A stretch of 64,000 nt of DNA. Origin: Bacteroidia bacterium (GTDB lineage Bacteria > Bacteroidota > Bacteroidia > Cytophagales > Flammeovirgaceae). Of the stretch, positions 48,831 through 59,671 are shown piece after piece. Under the pieces are notes generated by a model. The model ran no database searches, had not been told where the DNA came from, and worked only from the letters and a program-made list of their open reading frames with translations. The position numbers and the translations under genes are program-made. The stretch is taken from positions 1 through 64,000 of the forward strand of contig JAUIAB010000003.1 in the NCBI GenBank assembly GCA_030425505.1, written 5' to 3'. Each line of letters begins with the position of its first letter. Position 1 is the stretch's first letter.

Positions 48831-50297
48831 CTATAAATTCTTCAATTCTTCTTCTAACAAAATATTAATTTCTTTTGGGTCTTTTCCCTTACCACTCATC
48901 TTCATAATCTGTCCCATAAAAAAACCGAGCAACCCTTTTTTACCCTTCTTATACTGCAAAACCTTATCAGAGTACTGCTCAAAAATAATATGAATATCCT
49001 TTTTAATCCTATTAAAGTCAAACTTATCCTCCTCATTGTCTGATGCAAAAGCTTGTGTAATATCAAACTGGTTATCGGTCATTAATTTTGGAAGCAACTC
49101 ATTTGCAGCAGTGGTATAAGACACCTTTTTATCTTCAATAGCATCCACTACAAATGCAAGTTTTTTAGGGGTTAAGTTAGAAGATAAGAGGCTAGTACCT
49201 TCTTTATTCAACCACTTTTGAATTGCTCCCATGAGCCAATTAGCCATCTTTTGGTAATTACATGACATCTCACAGGCTTTGAGAAAGAACTGAGCTATCT
49301 CAATATCCTGAGAAAGAAATTGCACAGATTCTTTGGAAAGAGAAAATTTGTTCAAAAGTTTGGTCTCTAACTCCCAAGGAAGTAAAATTAGCTTTTCTTT
49401 TAAGACTTTTATATCAGCCTCCGTAAGTTGGATAAATGGTAAATCTGGATCTGGAAAGTACCTATACTCATCTAATGTCTCTTTCGTACGAAGACTAACA
49501 GAAGTATTACTATCCGCTCTATAATCTCTAGTTTCGGAAATGATCTCATTCCCCTTCAAAACCTCTTCTACTTGCCTTTTAAACTCACCATCTATTGCCC
49601 TCTGAAGATTTCTCGTAGAGTTTAGGTTTTTAATTTCAACTTTTATTCCAAGTTCTGTGCTTCCTTTTCTTCTTACTGAAACATTAGCATCACAACGCAT
49701 AGACCCTTCCTCCATATTACCATCACTGATATTAATAAACTGAACTAATCGCCTAAGCTCTTGCACAAAGGCTTTAGCTTCTTCAGAGCTGTGTATCTCA
49801 GGCTCTGTCACCAACTCAATCAATGGAGTTCCAGCACGGTTTAAATCAACATAAGTATCCTTAGAGCTTTTATCATGTATAGACTTGCCTGCATCCTCTT
49901 CAAGGTGCATTTTAGTTAATTTTACATCTCGCTTATTTTTCGATACTTTAATATTTAATATTCCCCCCTTGCAAAAAGGTTCATTATCTTGTGTAATTTG
50001 AAACCCTTTGGGTGAATCAGGATAGAAATAACTTTTCCTATCAAAAAAACATAGCTTATTAATTTCTGATTTACAAGCTATGCCTAAGAGAACAATAGAA
50101 TCTATTGCTTTTTGGTTAACAATAGGCAACGTTCCCGGGTGAGCAATATTAAGTGCCGACACATTGGTATTTGGCTCACACCCAAAAATATTCTTATCCG
50201 AAGAAAAAAGCTTTCCTTTACAATTCAACTGTATATGAACCTCTAGCCCAACAACTAATTGAAAGTCAGTAAAAGAAGAGCCTCTGGCTGAATGCAT
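48831..50297 (-). CDS. gatB: Asp-tRNA(Asn)/Glu-tRNA(Gln) amidotransferase subunit B
   Basis: 488 aa with GatB N-terminus (FQLVVGLEVHIQL) and a C-terminal GatB/YqeY domain. Confidence 0.9.
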   Translation of the reverse strand: MHSARGSSFTDFQLVVGLEVHIQLNCKGKLFSSDKNIFGCEPNTNVSALNIAHPGTLPIVNQKAIDSIVLLGIACKSEINKLCFFDRKSYFYPDSPKGFQITQDNEPFCKGGILNIKVSKNKRDVKLTKMHLEEDAGKSIHDKSSKDTYVDLNRAGTPLIELVTEPEIHSSEEAKAFVQELRRLVQFINISDGNMEEGSMRCDANVSVRRKGSTELGIKVEIKNLNSTRNLQRAIDGEFKRQVEEVLKGNEIISETRDYRADSNTSVSLRTKETLDEYRYFPDPDLPFIQLTEADIKVLKEKLILLPWELETKLLNKFSLSKESVQFLSQDIEIAQFFLKACEMSCNYQKMANWLMGAIQKWLNKEGTSLLSSNLTPKKLAFVVDAIEDKKVSYTTAANELLPKLMTDNQFDITQAFASDNEEDKFDFNRIKKDIHIIFEQYSDKVLQYKKGKKGLLGFFMGQIMKMSGKGKDPKEINILLEEELKNL

Positions 50298-50328
50298 ATT
50301 TGTTTAGTTATTAGTTACTTGAATAGAG

Positions 50329-51633
50329 TTACATTTGAAACCCGTTATTAGGGTTTACAGTATCTAATTCATCTCTAAGTTTTTTCTCTATTCTCTTTTT
50401 CGTTCTAATCTTATTAATCAAATTACTTTTCTTTTTGATTAACTCCTGACTGTCGTATCCATCATCACTCATTTGGTTATCAAATACACTCAACTCCATC
50501 TCATCCTTATTTATATCTTCTGCCACTAGGTCAAGTTTAACATTAAGCTGTTCTTGTTTTGACTTTTTAAAGAAATTAGGCGAGCTGTTTTTTGCTGCCA
50601 TATCTAAGAAGTAACTCTCAAATATTTCATTACAAACAATCCTAAACTTTAAGTTAACTGTCTTATCTTCTTCTGTAGGAAATCTTCCCAATTTTCTCCA
50701 AGTACCTTGAATCTCTTTTACCTTATTTATTCTATACGGGCTACCAGAGTTTAAGATTCTTTGCACATCTTTTAAGTACTCTCCTTTCAAATCTTGAGCT
50801 AAAGCTTCATCAATATCATGCAATTCATCTATTCTTTGCTTTATAGTTTTAAAGAACGCACTTAACTCTGTTTCAAACTCCTGATTAAGCCTGACTAATT
50901 TCTTTTTAGGAATAGCGCCAATTTTTTTCCATGAACCTTTAATATCTCTAATGTCATAGTACTTTTCTATTCCTCGCCCTGCATTATTTATTTCTTTTAC
51001 TTCATCAATCAGCTGCTTATACTCATCTATTCTATCTTTAGCAACTTTGGTTTGCTTTTTGAAAAATGAGTTTCTTCTATTGAAAAAATGATTGACAGCT
51101 TCCTCAAATCTATGTCTAAGCACTTCTTCAACTTCATCTGAAGCATTTCCGGTACGAATCCAGATAGACTTCATCTCACTGTACTTCTCAGAAGCTTCTT
51201 TCCACTGCGTACTGTCTTTTAACAACTCAGCTTCCTGAACTATATTCGTTTTAGTTACTTCATTCCTTACTCTGTTTTCATTAATGTATTCTCTTACTTT
51301 ATCTTCCAACTCATTGAGTAAAGAAAAAAGGTATACAAAATCCCCTAAGCCATTATACGTCACTAACTTAGATCGCATGTGCAGAATTTTCATTAAATAA
51401 GAACCCTTATTTTCTGAGCTTTCTACATCTTTTTCTATTTGCTCAATTTTTTCTTTGATATGATTATATCTATCAACAAAATATTGAAGGCTTTCTTCTG
51501 GATTTTCTCTTACCTCCCCTACTTCTCTTTCATCAAAGGAGTCGAATTTTTTAAGAACTACTTTTCCATCTTTAACATAGCCATAAGGAGTTATGCTTTC
51601 CATTTCTACTTTTTCTTGAGTTATTGATTTCAT
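50329..51633 (-). CDS. DUF349-repeat protein
   Basis: 434 aa with repeated W-x-K-x-G-x-x-P modules (WKKIGAIPKKK; WRKLGRFPTEE) typical of DUF349. Highly charged. Confidence 0.6.
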   Translation of the reverse strand: MKSITQEKVEMESITPYGYVKDGKVVLKKFDSFDEREVGEVRENPEESLQYFVDRYNHIKEKIEQIEKDVESSENKGSYLMKILHMRSKLVTYNGLGDFVYLFSLLNELEDKVREYINENRVRNEVTKTNIVQEAELLKDSTQWKEASEKYSEMKSIWIRTGNASDEVEEVLRHRFEEAVNHFFNRRNSFFKKQTKVAKDRIDEYKQLIDEVKEINNAGRGIEKYYDIRDIKGSWKKIGAIPKKKLVRLNQEFETELSAFFKTIKQRIDELHDIDEALAQDLKGEYLKDVQRILNSGSPYRINKVKEIQGTWRKLGRFPTEEDKTVNLKFRIVCNEIFESYFLDMAAKNSSPNFFKKSKQEQLNVKLDLVAEDINKDEMELSVFDNQMSDDGYDSQELIKKKSNLINKIRTKKRIEKKLRDELDTVNPNNGFQM

Positions 51634-51840
51634 GACTTTTAAGTGAAGTTTTAAATTATAATTAAGCTATTGCTTATTAAAATCTGACTATTTATTTATT
51701 TACTATTCTTTTAATCTAGTTACTTTGACACAGTGATTAAAACTTAGTTAGTTATATCAACAAATATTTGAAGTATTTATAACAAACACAAAAGAAATTT
51801 AAATATCATAACTTTAAATTCATTTTTGAGTCTATAAACT

Positions 51841-52812
51841 GTGAATATTAAGAAATACGTATCAGGCTTTAAAGGGTTAAAAATACTAGTTATAGGTGAT
51901 GTAATGATTGACTCATATTTGATAGGAAGTGTAAATAGAATCTCTCCGGAGGCACCAGTTCCTATTGTAAATGTCAAAACAAGAGAAAAAAGACTAGGAG
52001 GAGCAGCAAACGTTGCTTTGAACTTAAAAGAGCTAGGTGCCACTCCAATAATTTGTTCCATAATAGGAAATGACAACGAAGGCACTGATTTGATCAATCT
52101 GTTAAAAGAAAAAAATATAGCTTCCGAGCATTTAGTTTTAAGTGACAACAGAAAAACAACTGTTAAACATAGAATCATATCAGGCTCGCAGCAGCTTCTC
52201 AGAGTTGACTCAGAAGATGATGTCAATCTAACCAAAAAGGAAGAACAAGCCTTAGTCAAAAAAATATCTTCGAAAATTGAGGCTGGTATAGATGCTATAA
52301 TTTTTGAAGACTATGATAAAGGAGTATTAAGTCAAGAGTTGATTCAAAACATTGCATCAAAAGCCAAAAAATCTAAAATACCCACTATTGTAGATCCTAA
52401 AAAAAGAAATTTCTGGGCATACAAAGGAGTAACTCTTTTTAAACCTAATTTAAAGGAAATTTCTGAAGGCTTAAATATTAAAATTGACACTTCAAACCTT
52501 GAAAGTATAGAAAAAGCATCACACCTAGTAAAGGAAAAACTAGATGTTGAAAGTTTAATTGTTACTCTTTCTGAGAAGGGTATTTGGGGAACTAATTTCA
52601 AAGAAAAATACCATGTCAATGCCATGCTTAGAGAAGTGGCGGATGTATCTGGAGCTGGAGATACTGTTGTCAGTATTTTAGCACTATGTGCAGCTAATAA
52701 CATCCCGCTTCTAGATTCAATAAAGCTTTCTAACTATGCAGCTGGCATTGTCTGCCAACAACTAGGTGTAGTGCCTATTAATGTAAATGATTTAATAAAT
52801 ATTAAAGAGTGA
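51841..52812 (+). CDS. PfkB-family carbohydrate kinase (RfaE domain-I / heptose-7-phosphate kinase-like)
   Basis: 323 aa with an N-terminal LVIGDVMIDSY motif and a C-terminal DVSGAGDT (PfkB signature 2). Confidence 0.8.
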   Translation: MNIKKYVSGFKGLKILVIGDVMIDSYLIGSVNRISPEAPVPIVNVKTREKRLGGAANVALNLKELGATPIICSIIGNDNEGTDLINLLKEKNIASEHLVLSDNRKTTVKHRIISGSQQLLRVDSEDDVNLTKKEEQALVKKISSKIEAGIDAIIFEDYDKGVLSQELIQNIASKAKKSKIPTIVDPKKRNFWAYKGVTLFKPNLKEISEGLNIKIDTSNLESIEKASHLVKEKLDVESLIVTLSEKGIWGTNFKEKYHVNAMLREVADVSGAGDTVVSILALCAANNIPLLDSIKLSNYAAGIVCQQLGVVPINVNDLINIKE

Positions 52813-52843
52813 TTTTTGCTTCTACTGCTTAAGCTGACTCTAA

Positions 52844-52869
52844 CTGAAAAATAGAATTTTATTTTTCAG
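52844..52869 (+). terminator. Possible rho-independent terminator after the PfkB kinase gene
   Basis: CTGAAAAATA-GAATTT-TATTTTTCAG inverted repeat (an AT-rich stem; weak). Confidence 0.3.
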
Positions 52870-52875
52870 TATATA

Positions 52876-53769
52876 ATGTATCTTTTCATTAAATTATACG
52901 TAATATTTAATACGTTTTTACTAGTTTTCTACGTCATGAGACTTATCATCATAATATTTATATTAAAGCTCCTATTAATTAATGACAACAATGCTCAAAA
53001 TATATATTATGTTATCAATGTTATAGGTGAAATTGAATTAGTTGGCACTGATAAATTATTGAAAACAGGACATAAATTAAAAGATACACAACAGGTAAAA
53101 TTTCTAACAGAAAATGCCAAAGCAGTTGTAATAGGAAGCAACAAAGGCAGAATGGTGATTTCTAAGAAGCAAAGTATTGGAAGTACTGATTCAGAGTTTG
53201 TACATTTTTTGAAAAATGTCTTATTCCCACAAAAAACTTCAACTAGACTCAGTACCAGAGGTAATGATAGTTTTGTAATAGAAGATTTTGAAGATTACTT
53301 TGGAGGGTCATTTTATGCTTTTATTGGCAATCAATTGAAAATACCAATAGATATAGATAAATTTCCAATAGATAAAAATAGGGTAATTGTTTACCGATAC
53401 TATTACAATAAAGCCCCAGTTCAAAAAATTTTACCAGCTGTCAATTCAATGATAATTTTTGATAAAGAGAAGCTATACGAAAGATTTGGAAAAAAAATTA
53501 ACATGAGTTTAGTCTCAGATACTGTAGAACTGTACTACGTAAACAAGCTTTCTAGAGCAACTACAAGTTTGGTCTCATTTAAACCTATTTTTCTGAATCA
53601 AGAAAAGATTTCTACAGAACTGAAAGTACTAGTAGAGTATTTCAAAAATGTAAAAAAAATATCTCATCCTAGCATTACGCAAGAGTTATATGATTATGTA
53701 CAAGCTACATATGGTAAAGTTAACTTCTCTCTATTCAAAAGTTGGTTAGATACTAACTCTATAATCTGA
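52876..53769 (+). CDS. Hypothetical protein. The start may be the internal Met at 52936 (MRLIIIIFILKLLLI, signal-like).
   Basis: 297-aa ORF with no recognisable motif. Confidence 0.4.
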   Translation: MYLFIKLYVIFNTFLLVFYVMRLIIIIFILKLLLINDNNAQNIYYVINVIGEIELVGTDKLLKTGHKLKDTQQVKFLTENAKAVVIGSNKGRMVISKKQSIGSTDSEFVHFLKNVLFPQKTSTRLSTRGNDSFVIEDFEDYFGGSFYAFIGNQLKIPIDIDKFPIDKNRVIVYRYYYNKAPVQKILPAVNSMIIFDKEKLYERFGKKINMSLVSDTVELYYVNKLSRATTSLVSFKPIFLNQEKISTELKVLVEYFKNVKKISHPSITQELYDYVQATYGKVNFSLFKSWLDTNSII

Positions 53770-53782
53770 CTAATTAAAACCT

Positions 53783-56164
53783 TCACAAATAGCTAGGAAA
53801 TTGTGAAGGCTCAACTTCACTCATGGTTTGATAGCACGCATCAAATATATCTTCCGCATTTGGTTTAGAAAAATAGTCCCCATCATCAGCATAAGCTGGT
53901 CTGTGGTCTTTAGCCGTCACACATAAAGGCTTTGAATCTAAGTATTTATATCCATTCTTTTCATCTAAAACTTTAGCTAACATATAAGCTGTTGCACCTC
54001 CTGAAACATCTTCGTCTGCAAATATTATTCTGTTAGTCTTTTTTAAAGATTCAATAATAGTATTAGATAAATCAAAAGGTAAAAGAGTTTGAACATCTAT
54101 TACTTCTATGTCTATTCCAATATCTGTAAGCCTTTCAGCAGCTTCCATAACTACCCTGCACATGGAACCATAAGTAACCACTGTAATATCATTTCCATTT
54201 TTTAAAACTTCAGGTTGACCTAGAGGTACTGTAAACTCTTCTAAATTGGAAGGCATCTTTTCTTTAAGCCTATATCCATTCAAGCATTCAATTATCAAAG
54301 CCGAATCATCGCTTTTGAGCATGGTATTGTAAAAACCTGCAGCTTGGGTCATATTTCGAGGAACAATAAAATAAATTCCCCTTATACAATTAAGTATCGT
54401 ACCAATTGGAGATCCAGAGTGCCAAATCCCTTCCAGCCTGTGTCCACGAGTTCTAATAATTACTGGAGCTTTTTGTCCTCCTTTCGTTCTATACTGCAGA
54501 GTAGCCAGATCGTCACTCATTATTTGTAATGCGTAGAATATGTAGTCTAAATATTGTATTTCGACAATAGGTCTTAGACCTCTCATAGCAGCCCCTATCC
54601 CCTGCCCGAGGATTGTTGCTTCTCTTATTCCAGTATCTGTTACTCGTAATTCCCCAAACTGCTTCTGAAGACCCGCAAAACCTTGATTTACATCACCAAT
54701 TTTGCCTACATCTTCTCCTATCGCAAAAACTCTAGGATCTCTATCTAATATTTTAGAAAAACAAGCCTGCATAATTTCCCTACCATCAACTACCTCATCT
54801 TTATTATATTCAGGTAAAGTCTCTTCTATACTAAGTGCCGAAAACTGGCTTTGGCTGTAAAGATGTGAGCTATATATTTCAAAGTTTCTTTCATTTGCTT
54901 TTTTTACCCACTCTCTAAGCTCGAAACTATCTTCACAATAATTTCTAGAAGCAACGAGAGCTTTCCTTGCAGTTTTCATAATATCTAATCTGGTAGAAGC
55001 TAGTTGCTTTGACAGAGTTGTCTTTAATGTACGAAGCTCTTCGTTATCCTTTTTCTCTAAAAGAGACCCTATGATATTAACTACTGTCTTTCTTTCATCT
55101 TCAAAAGATTTAGAGAATTCGCTCCAAGCCTTCTTTCTAGCTTCTTTTACTTTATCTATTGCCTCTTTCTCTAATTTGTCAAGCTCATTCTCTTTAGCAA
55201 TACCTTCAGAAAGAATCCAGCTTTTCATTTTTGCAATGCAATCATGTTCCTTCTCCCATTCTAACCTTTCTTTAGATTTATATCTTTCATGAGAACCTGA
55301 GGTGGAATGCCCTTGAGGTTGGGTGAGTTCTATAACATGAACAATAACCGGGATATGCTTTTTTCGACATAATTTCTCAGCATCATTATATGTCTTGTAA
55401 AGTGATGGATAATCCCAGCCTTTTACTTTAAAAATCTCAAACCCTACATCTCCAGCATCTTTTTGAAAACCAGACAGAACCTCTGAAATATTACCTTTCG
55501 TTATTTGATAATGATTTGGAACGGATATCCCATAATTATCATCCCATATTGACATCAGCATTGGCACTTTTAATACCCCTGCTGCGTTAATTGATTCCCA
55601 AAATAATCCCTCAGCACATGATGCATTTCCAATAGTACCAAATGCGATTTCATTTCCTTTATTAGAGAATTGTTTAAAATCCTTGAGAAGATTATTCTCT
55701 CTGTAAAGCTTCGAAGCATAGGCAAGACCAACTAATCTGGGCATTTGAGAAGCTGTACAAGAAACATCAGCACTAGAGTTTTTCATACTCATTAGATCTT
55801 TCCACTCTCCTTTTTCATCTAAACTTCTAGTTGCAAAATGTGAGTTCATACACCTTCCAGCTGAAGATGGGTCTGCACATATATCTGCATGAGCAAAAAG
55901 CTGAGCAAAGAATGCTTCTAAAGTAAGCTGACCTATTGCTGACATAAATGTTTGATCACGATAGTATCCTGACCTGAAATCACCATTCTTAAATACTCTG
56001 GCCATTGCTAATTGAGGAACTTCTTTACCGTCTCCAAAAATTCCAAACTTAGCTTTTCCCATGAATACTTCCTTTCGTCCCTGTAAGCTAGCTTGTCTAC
56101 TTTCAATAGCTAATCTATAGTCGCTTAATATGTCTTTTTTAGTTAGTCCCTTGATCATTCGCAC
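53783..56164 (-). CDS. Fused alpha/beta E1 component of a 2-oxoacid (branched-chain or pyruvate) dehydrogenase complex
   Basis: 793 aa. The N-terminal half has a TPP-binding E1-alpha domain. The C-terminal half has a transketolase-like pyrimidine-binding plus C-terminal domain (E1-beta). This fusion is common in Bacteroidetes. Confidence 0.8.
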   Translation of the reverse strand: MRMIKGLTKKDILSDYRLAIESRQASLQGRKEVFMGKAKFGIFGDGKEVPQLAMARVFKNGDFRSGYYRDQTFMSAIGQLTLEAFFAQLFAHADICADPSSAGRCMNSHFATRSLDEKGEWKDLMSMKNSSADVSCTASQMPRLVGLAYASKLYRENNLLKDFKQFSNKGNEIAFGTIGNASCAEGLFWESINAAGVLKVPMLMSIWDDNYGISVPNHYQITKGNISEVLSGFQKDAGDVGFEIFKVKGWDYPSLYKTYNDAEKLCRKKHIPVIVHVIELTQPQGHSTSGSHERYKSKERLEWEKEHDCIAKMKSWILSEGIAKENELDKLEKEAIDKVKEARKKAWSEFSKSFEDERKTVVNIIGSLLEKKDNEELRTLKTTLSKQLASTRLDIMKTARKALVASRNYCEDSFELREWVKKANERNFEIYSSHLYSQSQFSALSIEETLPEYNKDEVVDGREIMQACFSKILDRDPRVFAIGEDVGKIGDVNQGFAGLQKQFGELRVTDTGIREATILGQGIGAAMRGLRPIVEIQYLDYIFYALQIMSDDLATLQYRTKGGQKAPVIIRTRGHRLEGIWHSGSPIGTILNCIRGIYFIVPRNMTQAAGFYNTMLKSDDSALIIECLNGYRLKEKMPSNLEEFTVPLGQPEVLKNGNDITVVTYGSMCRVVMEAAERLTDIGIDIEVIDVQTLLPFDLSNTIIESLKKTNRIIFADEDVSGGATAYMLAKVLDEKNGYKYLDSKPLCVTAKDHRPAYADDGDYFSKPNAEDIFDACYQTMSEVEPSQFPSYL

Positions 56165-56370
56165 CTAATATTATAAGCTTTTACTCTTTCTTATTATCTA
56201 AATCAAAGACAAAGTTAAGCATATATTGCAAACGAACATTTTTCAATAGATTAGTTTACACTAAAGAGTTTTTTTGTTAAACAAGAATAATGTTAAATTA
56301 TATGAAAAAAGTTTTTTATTAAATTTTGTTTAATATATTAGACTTATAAGTTAAACAAAATAGCAAAGTT

Positions 56371-56886
56371 ATGTCTGCTCAAGAATTTGGAACGATTCTA
56401 TTTCAAACATGTCTAACACTTAAACCCTATGCAATCAAGCTTACAAAAGATGGAGAAGATGCCGATGATCTTTTGCAAGAAACTGTTTTTAAGGCCTACA
56501 CGAATAGAGATAAGTTTGTTGCCGAGACAAACTTGAAAGCTTGGCTTTTTACTATAATGAGAAATACCTTTAATACTAATTATCACAAATTAGTAAGAAG
56601 AAAAACTTTTGTAGATACTACCGATAATTTACATTATATAAATTCAGCGGAAAGTACTACACAAAACCAAGCTTTTGAAAACCTAATGGGTGAAGACATC
56701 GATCGTGAATTAGATAAGTTAGAAGATGCCTACAAAAAACCATTTATAATGCACTTCAGAGGCTTTAAGTATTTTGAGATTGCTGAAAGACTAAAAATCC
56801 CATTGGGAACAGTTAAGAATAGAATCCATATTGCAAGAAAAATATTGAAAAATAAATTAAAGGTATACTCACCCAGTACTAATTAA
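56371..56886 (+). CDS. ECF-type sigma-70 family RNA polymerase sigma factor
   Basis: 171 aa. Region 2 (DLLQETVFKAYTNRDKF) and region 4 HTH (FKYFEIAERLKIPLGTVKNRIHIARKIL). Confidence 0.8.
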   Translation: MSAQEFGTILFQTCLTLKPYAIKLTKDGEDADDLLQETVFKAYTNRDKFVAETNLKAWLFTIMRNTFNTNYHKLVRRKTFVDTTDNLHYINSAESTTQNQAFENLMGEDIDRELDKLEDAYKKPFIMHFRGFKYFEIAERLKIPLGTVKNRIHIARKILKNKLKVYSPSTN

Positions 56887-56926
56887 ATTAAGTTTTTAAG
56901 TATTTTAGGTCTTAGTTAATCTTACC

Positions 56927-58414
56927 TTGAATAGAAAAAAAGCTGTAGTCGTAGGTGCTGGATTTGCAGGTATATCGGCTGCTACATATTTGGCAAAAAA
57001 AAATATTGATGTAACTATCTTAGAAAAAAATGCAACACCTGGTGGTAGGGCAAGGCAATTCCAAGAGAATGGGTTCACTTATGATATGGGGCCAAGTTGG
57101 TACTGGATGCCTGATGTTTTTGAGTCTTACTTTAATGATTTTGGCAAGAAAACAGAGGACTATTATCAACTTGAAAGATTAGATCCATCATATCAAGTCT
57201 TCTTTGGAAAACAACAAGCCACCAAAGTTCCAGCAGACCTTAATCAGGTAGAACTATTATTTGAATCTTTTGAACCTGGAAGTTCTAAAAAACTAAAACA
57301 ATTTCTTAAAGAAGCCTCTTATAAATATGAAGTAGGAATAAAAAACCTTGTTTACAAACCCAGCTTATCATTATTTGAATTTCTAAATTTTTCTTTACTA
57401 AGAGACCTTTTGAGGTTAGATGTTTTTAAGTCATTTAGCTCTCATATCAAGAAGTATTTTACCAATTCTGAACTTCTTCAATTGATTGAATTTCCAATAC
57501 TATTTCTTGGCGCTAATGCGGAAAAGACTCCTGCATTATATAGTTTAATGAATTATGCAGACATCTCTCTCGGAACATGGTATCCTAATGGTGGAATGTA
57601 TAAGATTGTGGAAGCGATGACGCAACTTGCCCTTGAGCATGATGTAAAGTTTGAATATAGTGGTGCTGTTACTTCTGTAGAAATAAATAAAAGAACTATT
57701 TCTATAGTTAATACTACAAAGAATAACTTTGAAGTGGACTATATAATATGCGGAGCAGATTATCATCATTTTGAAACTGAAGTCTTACCGAAAGAATACC
57801 AATCATACACAAAAAGTTATTGGAACTCTCGCACACTAGCTCCTTCCTCTCTCCTATTTTATCTTGGAATAAATAAAAAAATAGAGGGATTAGAGCATCA
57901 TAATTTATTTTTTGATGAGTCACTAAAAGAGCACTCTAAGGAGATTTATGATACACCAAAATGGCCTTCGAAACCGCTATTTTATGTATCGAACCCTTCC
58001 AAAACAGATACGACTGTAGCTCCAGAAGGATGTGAGAATATTTTCATTTTGATTCCTGTGGCTCCTGGCTTAGAAGATAAAGAAGCAATAAGAGAAAAGT
58101 ATTTTGAAATTGTTGTTTCCAGAATAGAAAAGATATTAAATCAGGATATTAAATCACATATTATATACAAAAAAAGCTATGCTCATTCTAACTTTATTGA
58201 AGATTACAACTCATTTAAAGGCAATGCCTATGGATTGGCAAATACCCTTAGGCAAACGGCTATTTTAAAACCAAGGCTTAAAAGCAAAAAGATTAAGAAT
58301 TTATACTATACTGGTCAACTAACTGTCCCAGGTCCTGGAGTACCACCTTCATTAATATCTGGAAAAGTAGTAGCCAAACAAGTAATTAAAGATATAAAAA
58401 GATCTAACCCATGA
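56927..58414 (+). CDS. crtI: Phytoene desaturase
   Basis: 495 aa. N-terminal FAD fold VVVGAGFAGISAA, and a CrtI family C-terminal signature. Confidence 0.9.
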   Translation: MNRKKAVVVGAGFAGISAATYLAKKNIDVTILEKNATPGGRARQFQENGFTYDMGPSWYWMPDVFESYFNDFGKKTEDYYQLERLDPSYQVFFGKQQATKVPADLNQVELLFESFEPGSSKKLKQFLKEASYKYEVGIKNLVYKPSLSLFEFLNFSLLRDLLRLDVFKSFSSHIKKYFTNSELLQLIEFPILFLGANAEKTPALYSLMNYADISLGTWYPNGGMYKIVEAMTQLALEHDVKFEYSGAVTSVEINKRTISIVNTTKNNFEVDYIICGADYHHFETEVLPKEYQSYTKSYWNSRTLAPSSLLFYLGINKKIEGLEHHNLFFDESLKEHSKEIYDTPKWPSKPLFYVSNPSKTDTTVAPEGCENIFILIPVAPGLEDKEAIREKYFEIVVSRIEKILNQDIKSHIIYKKSYAHSNFIEDYNSFKGNAYGLANTLRQTAILKPRLKSKKIKNLYYTGQLTVPGPGVPPSLISGKVVAKQVIKDIKRSNP

Positions 58415-59250
58415 TTCACCTTTTTGAAAAAACTACTTTAAAGTGCAGTAAAATAATTACGCAAACCTATAGCACTTCATTTACCTTAGGAATAAAAATG
58501 CTGGATAAAAGCATTCAGCCCCCTATTTACTCCATTTATGGATTCGTTAGATATGCTGATGAAATTGTGGATACTTTCCATGAATTTGACAAAGAAAAGC
58601 TTTTAGAAAAATTTGAAGAAGACACGTATCAGGCTATATCTCAAAAGATAAGCTTGAACCCAGTATTACATTCTTTTCAAATTGTTGTAAATAAATACAA
58701 TATTGATTTGGAGCTAATTAAAGCTTTCCTGCATAGTATGAAAATGGATTTGAATCTCACAAACTACGATACTAATCTTTACAAAGAATATATATATGGT
58801 TCTGCAGAAGTAGTAGGTCTTATGTGCTTAAAAGTTTTTTGTAATGGAGACAAAGATAAATACGACAGTCTACTCCCTGAAGCTAAATCTCTAGGAGCTG
58901 CTTTTCAAAAGGTTAATTTCTTAAGAGATATGAAAAGTGACTACTTGGAAAGAGGCAGAACTTATTTTCCTGAGGTTAATTTTAATTTTTTTGATTACGA
59001 CACGAAACTATCCATTGAAAAAGACATTGAAAAAGATTTTAAAGAAGCTAAAGAAGGAATTAAAAGATTACCATCTAGTGCTCAACTTGGAGTTTATATT
59101 GCTTACAGGTATTATGTAAAGCTTTTCAAGAAAATAAAAAGGACAAAACCTGAAAAGGTAATGTCCACCAGAATAAGAATTAATGATATTAAGAAGCTTT
59201 ATTTGCTTGTACTAACTTATCTTCAAACAAAGCTTTCTCATAATATTTAA
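58411..59250 (+). CDS. crtB: Phytoene synthase
   Basis: 279 aa with a squalene/phytoene synthase fold (YGFVRYADEIVD; GAAFQKVNFLRD). It overlaps crtI by 4 nt. Confidence 0.9.
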   Translation: MIHLFEKTTLKCSKIITQTYSTSFTLGIKMLDKSIQPPIYSIYGFVRYADEIVDTFHEFDKEKLLEKFEEDTYQAISQKISLNPVLHSFQIVVNKYNIDLELIKAFLHSMKMDLNLTNYDTNLYKEYIYGSAEVVGLMCLKVFCNGDKDKYDSLLPEAKSLGAAFQKVNFLRDMKSDYLERGRTYFPEVNFNFFDYDTKLSIEKDIEKDFKEAKEGIKRLPSSAQLGVYIAYRYYVKLFKKIKRTKPEKVMSTRIRINDIKKLYLLVLTYLQTKLSHNI

Positions 59251-59252
59251 TA

Positions 59253-59612
59253 TTAGTTACTCAGTTCGTTTACAAGAAAGTAGTCTTCTGCATCTCCCAC
59301 ATTACTGAGAATCTTGAAATGTGTATCTAGCTTTGATGTTTCTATCATACTCATAGGATGCTTATTAACATTAATCAAAACAACAGCTCCTTTAACCTGC
59401 CTAGCTAACTTATCCGCAAGAAGTAATGCTTTGATACCTGTAGTATCAATTAACTTCACTTCGTTCAAATCAATAATAAGATTAGTAACTGCACCTGCTT
59501 CAAAATGAAGAACAAACTCTGATTTAAGCTGCGGCACTCTCGCACCCATTAGCTTCTCTTCATTTATGGTTAATATGGCGTATCTTTCTTTTTTCTCAAT
59601 ACTGTATTTCAT
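59253..59612 (-). CDS. STAS-domain protein (anti-sigma-factor antagonist, SpoIIAA-like)
   Basis: 119 aa with the STAS pattern (NLIIDLNEVKLIDTTGIKALLLA). Confidence 0.65.
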   Translation of the reverse strand: MKYSIEKKERYAILTINEEKLMGARVPQLKSEFVLHFEAGAVTNLIIDLNEVKLIDTTGIKALLLADKLARQVKGAVVLINVNKHPMSMIETSKLDTHFKILSNVGDAEDYFLVNELSN

Positions 59613-59671
59613 GGAACTTAACTTTATACTACAATTTTAAGAAAAATATAAGTTATTATTGAAAGTTATTT

